Shown: positions 39,180 to 49,571, numbered from the stretch's first letter. The stretch: DNA of 64,000 bases from Anaerolineae bacterium (GCA_034435395.1 DAOTXK010000268.1:2200-66199); one strand, 5' to 3'. The notes: generated from the sequence alone by a model not told the origin. Numbers and translations: made by a program.

Positions 39180-39833
39180 TCATGGTCCCAACCCCCCGCC
39201 CGGCAGAGGGCGGACCAGCACATCCCAGCCCGCCACGATCAGGGCTGCCAGCTCGCGCAACTCGTACCAGTGGGCGCTGCGATATACGCGGCGATCAGCC
39301 GCCAGGCCCAGAACATCCAGCCCCAGCAGCTCGCAGGTGAGCATCGCTCTGGGCAGGTGAAAGCGCTGTGTGACCAGCACCACCCGTTCCAGCCCATAAA
39401 TCACCCGTCCCCGGTAACAGGTGTCATAGGTGCGCAGGCCCAATCGATCCCGGGTGATGGCCTGCTCCGGCACGCCTTGAGCGACCGCGTAGCGGGCCAT
39501 CACCGTCGGCTCGTCGTAGTCGTCGGCGCGCCCATCGCCGGACATCAGCAAATGCGTGACCCGGCCCTCCCGGTATAGCTGGATAGCTGCATCCAGGCGA
39601 TCGCGCAGGACAGCGGAGGGGACGCCACCACGCACCGCCGCGCCAAAGATGATGGCAGTACGGCCTCCCGGTATGTCAGCGGGGTCCTCCGCCATACGCG
39701 GCTCATAACGCGCCGTCACCATGACTCGTAAGATCAGCGGCAGACCTATCGTCATTGCCATGCCGCTCCCCACCAGCAACAGCCAGAATCGTCGGCTTAC
39801 ACGGAATCTTCGGCGGCTAATCATCAGGCCCAT
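39180..39833 (-). CDS. SanA/YdcF-like DUF218 membrane protein
   Basis: N-terminal TM segment. AIIFGAAV..PSAVLRDRLDAAIQLYREGRVTHLLMSGDG..YDEP..M matches the SanA-type pattern. Confidence 0.75.
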   Translation of the reverse strand: MGLMISRRRFRVSRRFWLLLVGSGMAMTIGLPLILRVMVTARYEPRMAEDPADIPGGRTAIIFGAAVRGGVPSAVLRDRLDAAIQLYREGRVTHLLMSGDGRADDYDEPTVMARYAVAQGVPEQAITRDRLGLRTYDTCYRGRVIYGLERVVLVTQRFHLPRAMLTCELLGLDVLGLAADRRVYRSAHWYELRELAALIVAGWDVLVRPLPGGGLGP

Positions 39834-39930
39834 TCCAGTTCGAATGTATGCCAGCCAGACACTATCGGTTATTCCAGCCAGTACACGGCCAGCCCAAGCC
39901 CGGCAGCCAGGGATTATAATCGATCAGTTC

Positions 39931-39959
39931 TTGATCGCCATGAATGCGCCGTCTATAAT
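39931..39959 (+). promoter_or_regulatory. strong sigma70-type promoter candidate
   Basis: TTGATC (39931-39936), 17 nt spacer, TATAAT (39954-39959). An in-frame ATG at 39967 sits 7 nt after the -10 box. Confidence 0.5.
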
Positions 39960-39966
39960 CGCCCTG

Positions 39967-41004
39967 ATGCACCCGGCAGTGCTTCGTGAGGAAAATAACT
40001 TGAACATTGAAGTCTGTACCACGCCAGATGTCTTTGATGCGTTAGGGGATGAGTGGAACGCGCTGCTCAACCGCAGCCCGGCCAACCTGATCTTCCTGAC
40101 CCGCGAATGGCAACAGACGTGGTGGGAGGCTTACCACCCTGGCGACCTTTGGATCGTCGTCGGACGCGACGATGATGGAGCGCTGCTCGGTATCGCCCCC
40201 TGGTTTGTGGAGCGTCGACCGGACGAGCGGGTGATCCGCACCATCGGCTGCGTGGATGTGACGGACTACCTGGAGATCATCGCCGCGGAAACCCTGGAAA
40301 AACCTTTTTTTGTCGCCCTGGCCCGGCACCTTGCGGCCACTGAGGGCGTTTTCGACCGGTTGAGCCTCTGTAATATCCCGGAGGACTCGGTAACCCTCAA
40401 ACACCTGCCAGCGGTCCTTGAAGAACATGGGTTCAGGGTGGAGATCATCCAACAAGAAGTGTGTCCCATTCTCCACCTGCCGGCGGACTGGGACAGCTAC
40501 CTGGCCTACCTCGACAGAAAACAACGCCATGAACTCCGCCGCAAACTCCGCCGGGCAGGTACTCAGGCTTCCTGGTACATTGTCGGGCCGGAGCATGACC
40601 TGAAAACAGAGACCGAGCGGTTCCTGGGCCTGATGGCGGCCAGCGGCGAGGAGAAGGCCGCTTTCCTCCAGGACGAATGCAACGTCGCCTTTTTCCGCGC
40701 CATGATCCCCCGCCTGATGGCCCGGGGCTGGCTTCAACTCAGTTTCCTCACCATCAACGGCAAACCTGCCGCCACCTATCTTAACTTCGATTATAATGAC
40801 CGGATTCTGGTTTATAATTCAGGGCAGGATAACGAACGGTTTGGGGCGCTTAGCCCAGGGATTGTGCTGCTGGCCTACAACATTCGCCATGCCATCGAGC
40901 AGGGACGAACCGTGTTCGATTTTTTGCGCGGCAACGAGCCGTACAAGTATCAGATGGGCGGGCAGGACACCCGGGTGTTCAGACTCACGGCGGCGCGGGC
41001 GTAA
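39967..41004 (+). CDS. GNAT-fold acetyltransferase, CelD/BioF2-like (Acetyltransf_6-type)
   Basis: FDALGDEWNALL..REWQQTWWEAY..; C-terminal FDFLRGNEPYKYQMGG is typical of this family. Start is ATG 39967 (leaderless) or TTG 40000 (SD GAGGA). The track start at 39721 lies upstream of the promoter. Confidence 0.7.
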   Translation: MHPAVLREENNLNIEVCTTPDVFDALGDEWNALLNRSPANLIFLTREWQQTWWEAYHPGDLWIVVGRDDDGALLGIAPWFVERRPDERVIRTIGCVDVTDYLEIIAAETLEKPFFVALARHLAATEGVFDRLSLCNIPEDSVTLKHLPAVLEEHGFRVEIIQQEVCPILHLPADWDSYLAYLDRKQRHELRRKLRRAGTQASWYIVGPEHDLKTETERFLGLMAASGEEKAAFLQDECNVAFFRAMIPRLMARGWLQLSFLTINGKPAATYLNFDYNDRILVYNSGQDNERFGALSPGIVLLAYNIRHAIEQGRTVFDFLRGNEPYKYQMGGQDTRVFRLTAARA

Positions 41005-41010
41005 CCAACA

Positions 41011-42309
41011 ATGGCCTCCAGGCAAATTCAACGCCTCGCCATGCTCAGCGTACATACCTGTCCGCTGGCCACGCTGGGCGGCAAAAAAACCGGTGGGATG
41101 AACGTCTATGTTCGCGATCTCAGCCGGGAATTCAGCCGGCGCGGGATCGCGGTAGATGTTTACACCCGCAGCCAGGACCCGTGCATCCCCCACGTCAACA
41201 CTACTCTGGCGGAAAAGGCCCGCGTCATTCATATCCCATCCGGACCGGAAGCGCCGCTGGACACCATCGCCGTGTACCCTCACCTGCCCCAGTTCACGGA
41301 AAATGTGCTGGCATTCGCGGCCCAGAACCGGCTGACCTACGATATCATCTACAGCCATTACTGGCTGAGTGGCTGGGCGGCGCACGAACTGCGGGCCGCC
41401 TGGCAGGTGCCGGTAGTCCAGATGTTCCACACCCTGGGCCACATGAAAAATCGTATCGCCCGGCAAAGCCCCAGCCGATCCAGCGACATCCGGGATGTCC
41501 GCGTGTTCACGGAAACCGACATCATGTCTTGGGCCGACTGCCTGATCGCGGCCACCCCCGCTGAACGGGCGCAGATGCTCTGGCTATACCAGGCTGACCG
41601 TCGCAAAATTTATATCGTGCCGCCAGGCGTTGATCTGGCGCACTTCCGCCCGCTCGATCGCGCTTCCGCCAAGGAAACCATCGGCGTCCCAGCCGACCAC
41701 AAGATGCTGCTCTTTGTCGGACGAATCGAGCCGCTAAAGGGAGTTGATTCCATCCTGGAGGCCATGGCGCTGATCCGGCAGCGGCGTCCAGAGCTGTGCC
41801 GGAATCTGTGCATCTCGATCATTGGCGGCGACCCAGACGAGCCTGCCCACGAGAATGCCGAGATGGACCGTCTGAAAAAGCTCCGCGAGACTCTGGGGCT
41901 GCACGACCTGGTGACCTTCCTGGGGGCCACCGATCAGGACCGGCTGCGTTACTACTACAACGCCGCCGAAGCCTTGATCATGCCTTCCGACTATGAGTCC
42001 TTTGGCATGGTCGCACTGGAAGCCATGGCCTGCGGCACACCGGTGATCGCCTCTGAAATTGGCGGCCTGGCCTATCTGATCCGGGATGGACAGACCGGCT
42101 TTCACGTCCCTGTTCGCGAACCGGATGCGCTGGCCGAGCGCATCATGAGCATTCTACAGAACCCTGACAGGCGAGAGGCCATGAGTCAGGCAGCGCTGGC
42201 GGCAGCCCAGGAATACTCATGGACCACCATTGCCGACCGCCTGCTCGCCATCTTCGAAACGTTGCCAACCCCCACTTCAGACATCGCCTCCGCCCTAACC
42301 GCCGTATGA
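41011..42309 (+). CDS. GT4-family glycosyltransferase (MshA / sucrose-phosphate-synthase-like)
   Basis: LSVHTCPLATLGGKKTGGMNVYVRDLS N-terminus and C-terminal E(x7)E region SDYESFGMVALEAMACGTPVIAS. Confidence 0.85.
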   Translation: MASRQIQRLAMLSVHTCPLATLGGKKTGGMNVYVRDLSREFSRRGIAVDVYTRSQDPCIPHVNTTLAEKARVIHIPSGPEAPLDTIAVYPHLPQFTENVLAFAAQNRLTYDIIYSHYWLSGWAAHELRAAWQVPVVQMFHTLGHMKNRIARQSPSRSSDIRDVRVFTETDIMSWADCLIAATPAERAQMLWLYQADRRKIYIVPPGVDLAHFRPLDRASAKETIGVPADHKMLLFVGRIEPLKGVDSILEAMALIRQRRPELCRNLCISIIGGDPDEPAHENAEMDRLKKLRETLGLHDLVTFLGATDQDRLRYYYNAAEALIMPSDYESFGMVALEAMACGTPVIASEIGGLAYLIRDGQTGFHVPVREPDALAERIMSILQNPDRREAMSQAALAAAQEYSWTTIADRLLAIFETLPTPTSDIASALTAV

Positions 42310-42600
42310 GTTGGGGATATTGATCTGAACACCGTCAATGTATGGCTCGGTTTCCTGGATTCCCAGCACTTCGGCCTCGTCCAGAGCGCGCTGCCCCTGA
42401 TGATACAAAACATCGTCAAAGGAGTCGTAACGGTAGCGCCGGCTGACCCAGCCATAAAGGGGATGCCGAAAAATAACGTTAAAGACCGCAGCATCCTCTT
42501 CTTCCATAATCTTCTCGGTCTCCAACCAGACTGGCGCGTACTGTTCGAGGTGAGGTATCGCCTTGGCATCACGCCGCTTGCGAATGGCATCAGCACCCAT
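42295..42600 (-). CDS. hypothetical protein (101 aa)
   Basis: ORF with coding-like composition and no recognisable motif. Its 3' end overlaps the GT4 gene by 15 nt. Confidence 0.45.
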   Translation of the reverse strand: MGADAIRKRRDAKAIPHLEQYAPVWLETEKIMEEEDAAVFNVIFRHPLYGWVSRRYRYDSFDDVLYHQGQRALDEAEVLGIQETEPYIDGVQINIPNSYGG

Positions 42601-42709
42601 CTAGCTCTCCCTAAAATGCCGCTGTTGCGGGTACAATACGGTCTATTGTAATACCCGCCTCGTAGACGGCAATAGCGACCTGACGCTTCCGCTGAATGGG
42701 AGACGACCA

Positions 42710-44251
42710 ATGCCACGAGCGATATTAAGCGTATCCGACAAAACTGGACTGCCAGACCTGGCCCAGGCGCTGGTTGACCTCGGCTGGGACCTGATCGCCA
42801 GCGGCGGGACGGCGGCTATCCTGCGGGAATCGAATCTGCCGGTGACACCCGTCGACATCGTCACTGGCGCTCCCGAAATGCTCGGAGGCCGTGTCAAAAC
42901 TCTCCATCCCGCCATTCACGCTGGCATCCTGGCCAGGGATCGAGCGGATGACCTGCGCGAACTACGCGAACACGGGTATGCCCCCATCAGCATGGTCGTT
43001 TGCAACCTGTATCCCTTCCGCGAAACCATCCAACAGTCAGGAGTCACACTTGAGGAAGCCGTCGATCAGATCGACATCGGCGGCGTAACCCTCCTCCGGG
43101 CAGCCGCCAAAAACTACTCGCGGGTAACGGTGCTCTGTGACCCTGGCGACTACGGGCGGATCATTGCCCTGCTGCGCGCCGCAGCCGAAATCGACCCGGC
43201 CACACGGTACGAGCTGGCGGTTAAAGCCTTCGCGCACACCCGCGACTACGACACGACCATCCACGCCTTCCTGCAAGAAAACGGCCCCCTGGCTGCAACC
43301 GAGACCGACACGTTACCAGAAACCTGGTCGTTCAGCCTGGTCAAAGCCCAGGCGCTGCGCTACGGGGAAAACCCTCACCAACAGGCCGCCTTCTACGCGC
43401 CGCGCGCCAGCGATTTGCCCCTCGGCGGCCAGCTTTTGGCTGGAAAAGCCCTCTCCTACAACAACCTGCTCGATCTGGATGCCGCCTGGAGTGCCGTCTC
43501 GGCATTTGAAGAACCGACCGTGGTCATCGTCAAACATCAGTCCCCGACTGGCATCGCCTCCCACAGCACCATAACTCTGGCGTTCCCCCCGGCCCTGGCC
43601 TCGGACCGCGTATCAGCCTTCGGCGGGGTCATTGCCGTCAATCGGGCCATCGATGAAACGTTCGTGGCCGAATTGAGCGACCTGTTCGTGGAAGCCATCG
43701 CCGCGCCAGACTTCACGCCTGCTGCCCAGCAGGCCCTGGGCGAATCACGTCCTCACTGCCGTCTGGTCAGGATGCTACCGCCAGGGCAGGCCCGCGCCTG
43801 GCAAATGCGAACCATACGCGGGGGCTTCCTCGCCCAGACGGTTGACCAGGGAGACCCGCCGGAGATGACCTGGCGAACGGTCACCAGATGGAAACCCTCC
43901 CCAGAAGAGATGCAAACGCTGCGCTTTGCCTGGAAATGCGTCCGCTTTGTGCCTTCAAATGCCATTGTGCTGGCCGGCCCCGGCGCGACCGTCGGCATCG
44001 GCGGCGGGCTGCCCAGCCGGGTTGACGCCGTTCAGCTGGCCATCGCGAAAGCCGGTGCCAAAGCCCGTGGCGCTGTCCTGGCCTCCGACGCCTTTTTCCC
44101 CTTCCCTGATGCCATTGAACTCGCCGCCGCCGCCGGAATTACCGCCGTCGTGCAGCCGGGTGGCTCGATCCGTGACGCCACCGTCATTGCCGCCGCCGAC
44201 CAGGCGGGCATGGCCATGGTCTTCACCGGCGTGCGACACTTCCTCCATTGA
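42710..44251 (+). CDS. purH: bifunctional AICAR transformylase / IMP cyclohydrolase
   Basis: [19 protein letters not shown]-like N-terminus and GGRVKTLHP. 513 aa. Confidence 0.97.
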   Translation: MPRAILSVSDKTGLPDLAQALVDLGWDLIASGGTAAILRESNLPVTPVDIVTGAPEMLGGRVKTLHPAIHAGILARDRADDLRELREHGYAPISMVVCNLYPFRETIQQSGVTLEEAVDQIDIGGVTLLRAAAKNYSRVTVLCDPGDYGRIIALLRAAAEIDPATRYELAVKAFAHTRDYDTTIHAFLQENGPLAATETDTLPETWSFSLVKAQALRYGENPHQQAAFYAPRASDLPLGGQLLAGKALSYNNLLDLDAAWSAVSAFEEPTVVIVKHQSPTGIASHSTITLAFPPALASDRVSAFGGVIAVNRAIDETFVAELSDLFVEAIAAPDFTPAAQQALGESRPHCRLVRMLPPGQARAWQMRTIRGGFLAQTVDQGDPPEMTWRTVTRWKPSPEEMQTLRFAWKCVRFVPSNAIVLAGPGATVGIGGGLPSRVDAVQLAIAKAGAKARGAVLASDAFFPFPDAIELAAAAGITAVVQPGGSIRDATVIAAADQAGMAMVFTGVRHFLH

Positions 44252-44280
44252 CTGGGGCCGCGCCAGGGATGACAAAAGTC

Positions 44281-44309
44281 TTGGACAGAACGCCAAATCT
44301 GACTATACT
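44281..44309 (+). promoter_or_regulatory. sigma70-type promoter candidate for the ABC ATPase gene
   Basis: TTGGAC, 17 nt spacer, TATACT. SD AAGGAGG and GTG 44358 lie downstream. Confidence 0.45.
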
Positions 44310-44357
44310 AGAAGCAATCAGCAATCTTTATATGCTTAGCCGATAAGGAGGATATCA

Positions 44358-45479
44358 GTGGCAAGTGTTACCTTCAGAAATGTCACCAAGAAGTTCGGTG
44401 ACCTAGAGGCTGTGTCGCATCTCGACCTTGAGATCGCCGACAAAGAATTCCTGGTCCTGGTAGGGCCTTCTGGTTGTGGGAAGTCTACCAGCCTGCGCAT
44501 GCTGGCTGGCCTGGAAGAGATCACCGAAGGCGAGATCATGATCGGCGACCGCGTGGTCAACAACGTCGCTCCCAAAGACCGGGACATCGCCATGGTGTTC
44601 CAGAGCTACGCGCTGTACCCTCACATGACCGTGTACGACAATATGGCCTTCGGCCTCCGGCTGCGTAAGACCCCCAAGCAGATCATTGATGAGCGCGTTC
44701 GTAAAGCCGCCGCCGAGCTGGGCATCGAAAACCTGCTGGATCGCCGCCCCCGCCAGTTGTCGGGTGGTCAGCGTCAGCGCGTGGCCGTGGGGCGCGCCAT
44801 CGTGCGCGAGCCTGCCGTGTTCCTGATGGATGAGCCCCTCTCCAACCTGGACGCCAAGCTGCGGGTTGAGGCCCGCGCGTTCATCCAGAAGCTGCATCAG
44901 CAGTTGGGGACCACCTTCATCTACGTGACCCACGACCAGGTCGAGGCGATGACCATGGGCACGCGCATCGCCGTGCTCAACGCGGGCGTGCTGCAACAGC
45001 TCGACACGCCGTCTAACCTCTACCGTTACCCGAAGAACCGCTTCGTGGCTGGCTTCATCGGCAGCCCGGCGATGAACTTCTTCGACGCCACCCTCAAGAC
45101 CGAAGATGGCAAGCTGGTCGTTGATGCAGGCCTCTTCAAATTCGATTTGCCGCCTGAGTACAAAGATCGGTATGCGGCTTACGCGGACAAGTCGGTCGTG
45201 TTCGGCATCCGCCCCGAAGATGTCCACGACCCCGACTACCAGCCACCCGGAACGAAGGCGGCTATCGTCGAAGCCAATGTCGACGTGGTGGAGCAGATGG
45301 GCAACGAGATGATCGTCTACTTCGAACTCGAAGGCAAGACGTTCCTGGGCCGCCTCGATCCCCGGACAAAAGCCCGGGTCGGCATGAAGATGGGCACCGC
45401 CTTCAACATCAGCAACATGCACCTCTTCGATACAGAGACCGACGAGGCCTGCTGGTTACCCGAAGGTCTGGGAGAATAA
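44358..45479 (+). CDS. sugar-type ABC transporter ATP-binding protein (MalK/UgpC/MsiK-like)
   Basis: Walker A GPSGCGKST, signature LSGGQRQR, Walker B FLMDEPLS, C-terminal TOBE-like regulatory domain. Confidence 0.9.
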   Translation: MASVTFRNVTKKFGDLEAVSHLDLEIADKEFLVLVGPSGCGKSTSLRMLAGLEEITEGEIMIGDRVVNNVAPKDRDIAMVFQSYALYPHMTVYDNMAFGLRLRKTPKQIIDERVRKAAAELGIENLLDRRPRQLSGGQRQRVAVGRAIVREPAVFLMDEPLSNLDAKLRVEARAFIQKLHQQLGTTFIYVTHDQVEAMTMGTRIAVLNAGVLQQLDTPSNLYRYPKNRFVAGFIGSPAMNFFDATLKTEDGKLVVDAGLFKFDLPPEYKDRYAAYADKSVVFGIRPEDVHDPDYQPPGTKAAIVEANVDVVEQMGNEMIVYFELEGKTFLGRLDPRTKARVGMKMGTAFNISNMHLFDTETDEACWLPEGLGE

Positions 45480-45527
45480 GCGGCCAGCGCCCGCCGATTT
45501 CAGCCAGTTTCAACCAGATGGAAAAGA

Positions 45528-45567
45528 ATCGCCTGAGGGCCGGTTGCTCTCAGGCGATAGTTTTCCC
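45528..45567 (+). terminator. intrinsic terminator after the ABC ATPase gene
   Basis: ATCGCCTGAG-11 nt loop-CTCAGGCGAT followed by AGTTTTCC. Confidence 0.55.
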
Positions 45568-45628
45568 CACCCTCAGCGGCAGCCCCCGCGCCCAAAAGCC
45601 GCCAGCACGGCGCGCCCCCAGCAGGAAG

Positions 45629-46540
45629 CTAGTCCACGCCGCGCAACTTGGGGTCGAGCGTATCGCGCAGGCCGTCACCCAGCAGGTTAAAACCCAGCAC
45701 AACCAGCGTGATGGCCGCCCCTGGAAACACCATGCCCCACCATGCGCCGGTGATGAGGTACTGCTGGCTCTCCGCCAGCATTTTGCCCAGTTCCGGATGC
45801 GGCGCGCGTTGCCCCAGGCCGAGAAAGCCCAGCGCTGCCGTCTCCACAACTGCCGTTCCCAGGCCCAGCGTCGCCTGCACGATCAGCGGCGCTAGGCTGT
45901 TGGGAAGCACATGCTGCCACAAGATGTGCCCTTGTTTGGCCCCCACACTTTCGGCGGCCATCACAAAGTCCTCATTACGAATGCTGATCGCCATCGAACG
46001 GGCCAGCCGGGCGTAAACCGGGATGTTGACGATGGCAATCGCCAGCATGGCATTGCGCAACCCTGGCTCGAAGATCGCCACCAGCGCAATCGCCAGCAGC
46101 AGGGACGGGAAGGCCAACATCACATCCATCAGCCGCATGATCACGCTGTCGATCCACCCGCCGCTGAAGCCAGCCACTTCTCCCAGCACCGTCCCGATCA
46201 ACACCGAAACAGACACCGAGAGCAGACTCACAATCAGGGACACCCCGGCACCATGCCCGACCCGCCGCATCACATCGCGACCAATGTTATCCGTGCCGAA
46301 CGGGTGCTCCACACTGGGGGCGGTAAATCGCGCCGGTAGATTCTGGTCACGCAGCGCGTTGTAGTTATCCAGCAGCGGCACCAACAAGGCGATGGCCACA
46401 TAGATGACGACGATCACGACTCCAATACGGGCGCTGTGATTCCGCCGGAAGCGCCACCAGAGGTGCTTCCACGCCGGTACATAGGCCGATTCATCGGCTA
46501 TGACGACCGGGGCCGCGCCGGGAGTGGTTTGAGCGACCAT
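45629..46540 (-). CDS. peptide/nickel-type ABC transporter permease (DppC/OppC-like)
   Basis: Multi-TM protein with an EAA-loop region (..AAESVGAKQGHILWQHVLPNS..). 303 aa. Confidence 0.9.
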   Translation of the reverse strand: MVAQTTPGAAPVVIADESAYVPAWKHLWWRFRRNHSARIGVVIVVIYVAIALLVPLLDNYNALRDQNLPARFTAPSVEHPFGTDNIGRDVMRRVGHGAGVSLIVSLLSVSVSVLIGTVLGEVAGFSGGWIDSVIMRLMDVMLAFPSLLLAIALVAIFEPGLRNAMLAIAIVNIPVYARLARSMAISIRNEDFVMAAESVGAKQGHILWQHVLPNSLAPLIVQATLGLGTAVVETAALGFLGLGQRAPHPELGKMLAESQQYLITGAWWGMVFPGAAITLVVLGFNLLGDGLRDTLDPKLRGVD

Positions 46541-46541
46541 G

Positions 46542-47546
46542 CTACCCGTACCTTATGCGAGGATTGAGCCAGGCATACGACAGATCAACCAGCATGTTGA
46601 CTGTCACGAAGATCACGGTGATAACCAGAGTCACTGACTGCACGATCGCGTAGTCGCGCCCCTGAATGCTGTTAAACAGCCACCGTCCGATGCCCGGCCA
46701 GGAGAATATGGTCTCCGTCAGCACCGCCCCGGCCAGCAATGATCCCAACTGCAAGCCGATGACGGTCACCACGGGCAGCAAGGCATTCCGCAGCGCATGG
46801 CGGCCAATCACCGTGCGCTCCCGCAAACCCTTGGCCCGCGCCGTGCGAACGTAATCCATGTGCAGCACTTCCAACATGGCCGAGCGCGTGATACGGGCGA
46901 TGATCGCCAGGGGAATCGTGCTCAGAGTAATGGACGGCAGAATAAGATGGGTCAGCGCATCTCCCAGGGCATGCCAGTTGCCACTCAAAATAGCATCGAT
47001 CGTGTGCAGCCCGGTACGGGTCTCAATCTGCACGTTCGGGCTGAGCCGTCCGATAAACGGCAGCAGGTTAAGCTGCACCCCAAAAAACCACAGCAGCAGC
47101 AATCCCAGCCAGAATATTGGCATCGAGACGCCGATCAGCGATCCCATCATGGTGCCAGTATCGATCCACGATCCGCGCCGCACCGCCGACAGCACCCCGA
47201 TCGGCACGCCGAGTACCACGGCGATAGTCAGCGCAAAAAACGATAGCTCCATCGTCGCCGGGAATCGCTGTTGTAGCTCGTTGGCAATGGGGATGTTTCC
47301 GGCGACCGAGTGACCAAGGTCGCCACTCAGAATGTTGTGCACCCAGATGACGTATTGCTCAGGAAGGGGCTTGTCGAGACCCAGGCGTTGCCGCAGTTCA
47401 GCCACGTTTTGTTGGCTGCCCCGCTCGCCCAACAGCACCACCTCCGGGCCACCCGGAATCAAATGAACGAGCAGGAAAACGGCCACCGACGCCCCAAACA
47501 ATACCGGAATGGCCTCCAGAATGCGGCGAATAACATAACGGGCCAT
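46542..47546 (-). CDS. peptide/nickel-type ABC transporter permease (DppB/OppB-like)
   Basis: MARYVIRRILEAIPVLFGASVAVF N-terminus and EAA-loop YVRTARAKGL. Confidence 0.9.
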   Translation of the reverse strand: MARYVIRRILEAIPVLFGASVAVFLLVHLIPGGPEVVLLGERGSQQNVAELRQRLGLDKPLPEQYVIWVHNILSGDLGHSVAGNIPIANELQQRFPATMELSFFALTIAVVLGVPIGVLSAVRRGSWIDTGTMMGSLIGVSMPIFWLGLLLLWFFGVQLNLLPFIGRLSPNVQIETRTGLHTIDAILSGNWHALGDALTHLILPSITLSTIPLAIIARITRSAMLEVLHMDYVRTARAKGLRERTVIGRHALRNALLPVVTVIGLQLGSLLAGAVLTETIFSWPGIGRWLFNSIQGRDYAIVQSVTLVITVIFVTVNMLVDLSYAWLNPRIRYG

Positions 47547-47641
47547 GCACAATCGCTTTCAGCCGGTGAATGTATACTTCGAGGAAAGACAGGCAGGCCC
47601 CGGAGCGCCCGAGGCCTGCACACTGCACAGACTCCTGACGG

Positions 47642-49294
47642 CTACTCAACCGTCACAAAACGGAACAGTTCCGTACCGAGCGGGTTGGGCACGTAGCCGG
47701 AGACGTTGCTGCGGAAGACCAGCGGCACGCCAGTATGCGCGATCGTCAGGCGGCCAAAGGTCTCGGCGAGCAGGGCGTCCGCCTCCTTATACAGCGCCTC
47801 ACGTTCCGCCTGCACGGTAAGATTGCCGGCCTCGGTCAGGACCTCACAAATCTCCGGGAAGTCAAAGTAACCTTCGCGGGCCTGATTGCATACCTTAAAG
47901 AAGTAACCGCTGAAGTTGTCCGGGTCGCCGTTATCGCCCGTCCAGCCCAGCTGGTAGAGGCCGATCAGTTCGCCATTGCGGCGGCGATCCAGGTAGGTGG
48001 CCCAGTCGCCCGCGTTGTCCAGCTGGACCTGGATGCCGATGGCGGCCAGGTCGGCGGCCATGGCCTGCCCCATACCCTCCGGATCGGGGTTGTAAGGCCG
48101 GGTCGCTGGCTGCCAGAACAACGTCAGGGGGATGGTTTCGACAACTTCGTCCTCCACCACGTTGCCGTTATCATCCAGCGCCAGCACGTGGACCTCGCTG
48201 AAGCCATCCGGATAACCCGCCTCGGCCAGCAACTCGACGGCCCGCTCAGGGTTGTATTCCGGCATCGGCACATCCGGGTTATAACCCCACAGCAACGGCG
48301 GCAGGAAGGTATTGGCCACTTCCGCGCCGGGCGGGTAGAAGGTGTCCACGTAACCCTGCCGGTTGAGGGCCAGTGAGATGGCCTCACGCACCAGCGGATC
48401 GCGGAATTCCTGGATGCGGAAGTTAAAGGCCAGGTACATCACGTTCAGCGCCGGACGCAACATGACGTACATGTCATCGGCGGCCTCAACGATTGCCAGT
48501 TCCTCAGGCGTCGCGTTCTCTTTGGCGTGAATCTCGCCAGCCTGCAACGCGGCGAAGCGAGAGGCATTATCCGGGATAACGCGGAAAATGATCCGCTCGA
48601 TATTCCCCTCAACCTCGCCCCAGTAGTTCTCGTACCGGTCGAGCGTCACATGGTCGTCGGTCGTCCATTCGACAAACCGGTAAGGGCCGGTGCAGACGAA
48701 ACCAACGTCAGGCGTGCCGTAGTCCTCGCCAAACTCCTCCAGCGCTGCCGGGCTGTTGATCTGGAACATCGGCATCGCCAGCGTGTTGGGCATCTGGACA
48801 TACGGACGGCTGAGGTTGAACTGAATGGTGTAATCATCGATCTTGTCGATGCTCTGGATGAGCGAGTCATCGTCAAAGCCGTCGAACATATAGCCGTAAT
48901 ATTCGTACACCTGGGACTCAAAATGGATGGGGTTATCGGTAAAGCGCCAGGCGTCAAAGTTGAAAATCACGGCGTCGGCATTAAACGGCGTGCCGTCGTG
49001 GAAGGTGACGCCTTCCCGCAGCTTGGCCGTCCACACCGTCAGGTCCTCGTTGCTGGTCAGTTCGGTCGCCAGGCTGGGGATGACATTGGTGGTCGAGCCA
49101 TCAAAGGCCAACAACGATTCGCAGCCCTGCTCAACAGCCCGGAAGGACACGCCGTCGGTGACCACTGCTGCGTAGAGCTGAACCGGATTGGTGTACTCAC
49201 CGAAGATGAACGTCACTGGTTCCTGGGCCGAGACAGGCCCCATCATGGTCAGGGCAAAGGCCACGATAAGTAGCAAGCCGAGCTTTCTGGACAT
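47642..49294 (-). CDS. ABC transporter substrate-binding protein, family 5 (DppA/OppA-like)
   Basis: Signal peptide MSRKLGLLLIVAFALTMMGPVSAQ. 550 aa, SBP_bac_5-like. Confidence 0.85.
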   Translation of the reverse strand: MSRKLGLLLIVAFALTMMGPVSAQEPVTFIFGEYTNPVQLYAAVVTDGVSFRAVEQGCESLLAFDGSTTNVIPSLATELTSNEDLTVWTAKLREGVTFHDGTPFNADAVIFNFDAWRFTDNPIHFESQVYEYYGYMFDGFDDDSLIQSIDKIDDYTIQFNLSRPYVQMPNTLAMPMFQINSPAALEEFGEDYGTPDVGFVCTGPYRFVEWTTDDHVTLDRYENYWGEVEGNIERIIFRVIPDNASRFAALQAGEIHAKENATPEELAIVEAADDMYVMLRPALNVMYLAFNFRIQEFRDPLVREAISLALNRQGYVDTFYPPGAEVANTFLPPLLWGYNPDVPMPEYNPERAVELLAEAGYPDGFSEVHVLALDDNGNVVEDEVVETIPLTLFWQPATRPYNPDPEGMGQAMAADLAAIGIQVQLDNAGDWATYLDRRRNGELIGLYQLGWTGDNGDPDNFSGYFFKVCNQAREGYFDFPEICEVLTEAGNLTVQAEREALYKEADALLAETFGRLTIAHTGVPLVFRSNVSGYVPNPLGTELFRFVTVE

Positions 49295-49542
49295 TAATCT
49301 CCTCCTATTTGGGTGTAGGCAATAGGCTTGGGGGAAAGAATACGGTCTTTGTCAGGCCGTTCCGGGACACCTCCTTCTGTTTGTTTGGGGATGCTTTCGT
49401 CGGGCACAACAGTTTGATCTTCCTTCAAGTATGATTGGAAGTTGGCGCTTTGTCAAACCATTCCAGGCTAAATATCAGCATTACTGCTTTGTGATTTTGT
49501 GCATCTTGCGTCACCGACTTCACCCAAACATCACAAGACCGC

Positions 49543-49571
49543 TTGACTCCTACCCCGTGGTATGCTACCAT
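49543..49571 (+). promoter_or_regulatory. sigma70-type promoter candidate for the SAM riboswitch transcript
   Basis: TTGACT, 17 nt spacer, TACCAT. Confidence 0.4.

Noticed and set aside
42601-42709. Possible ZTP (pfl) riboswitch upstream of purH, a common location for that element.
   Set aside because: The conserved 3' core (CCGCCTGGGC-like) and the GGGUCG 5' module are not present. Only a bulged hairpin (GCGGGTACAATA...TATTGTAATACCCGC) of unknown meaning is seen.
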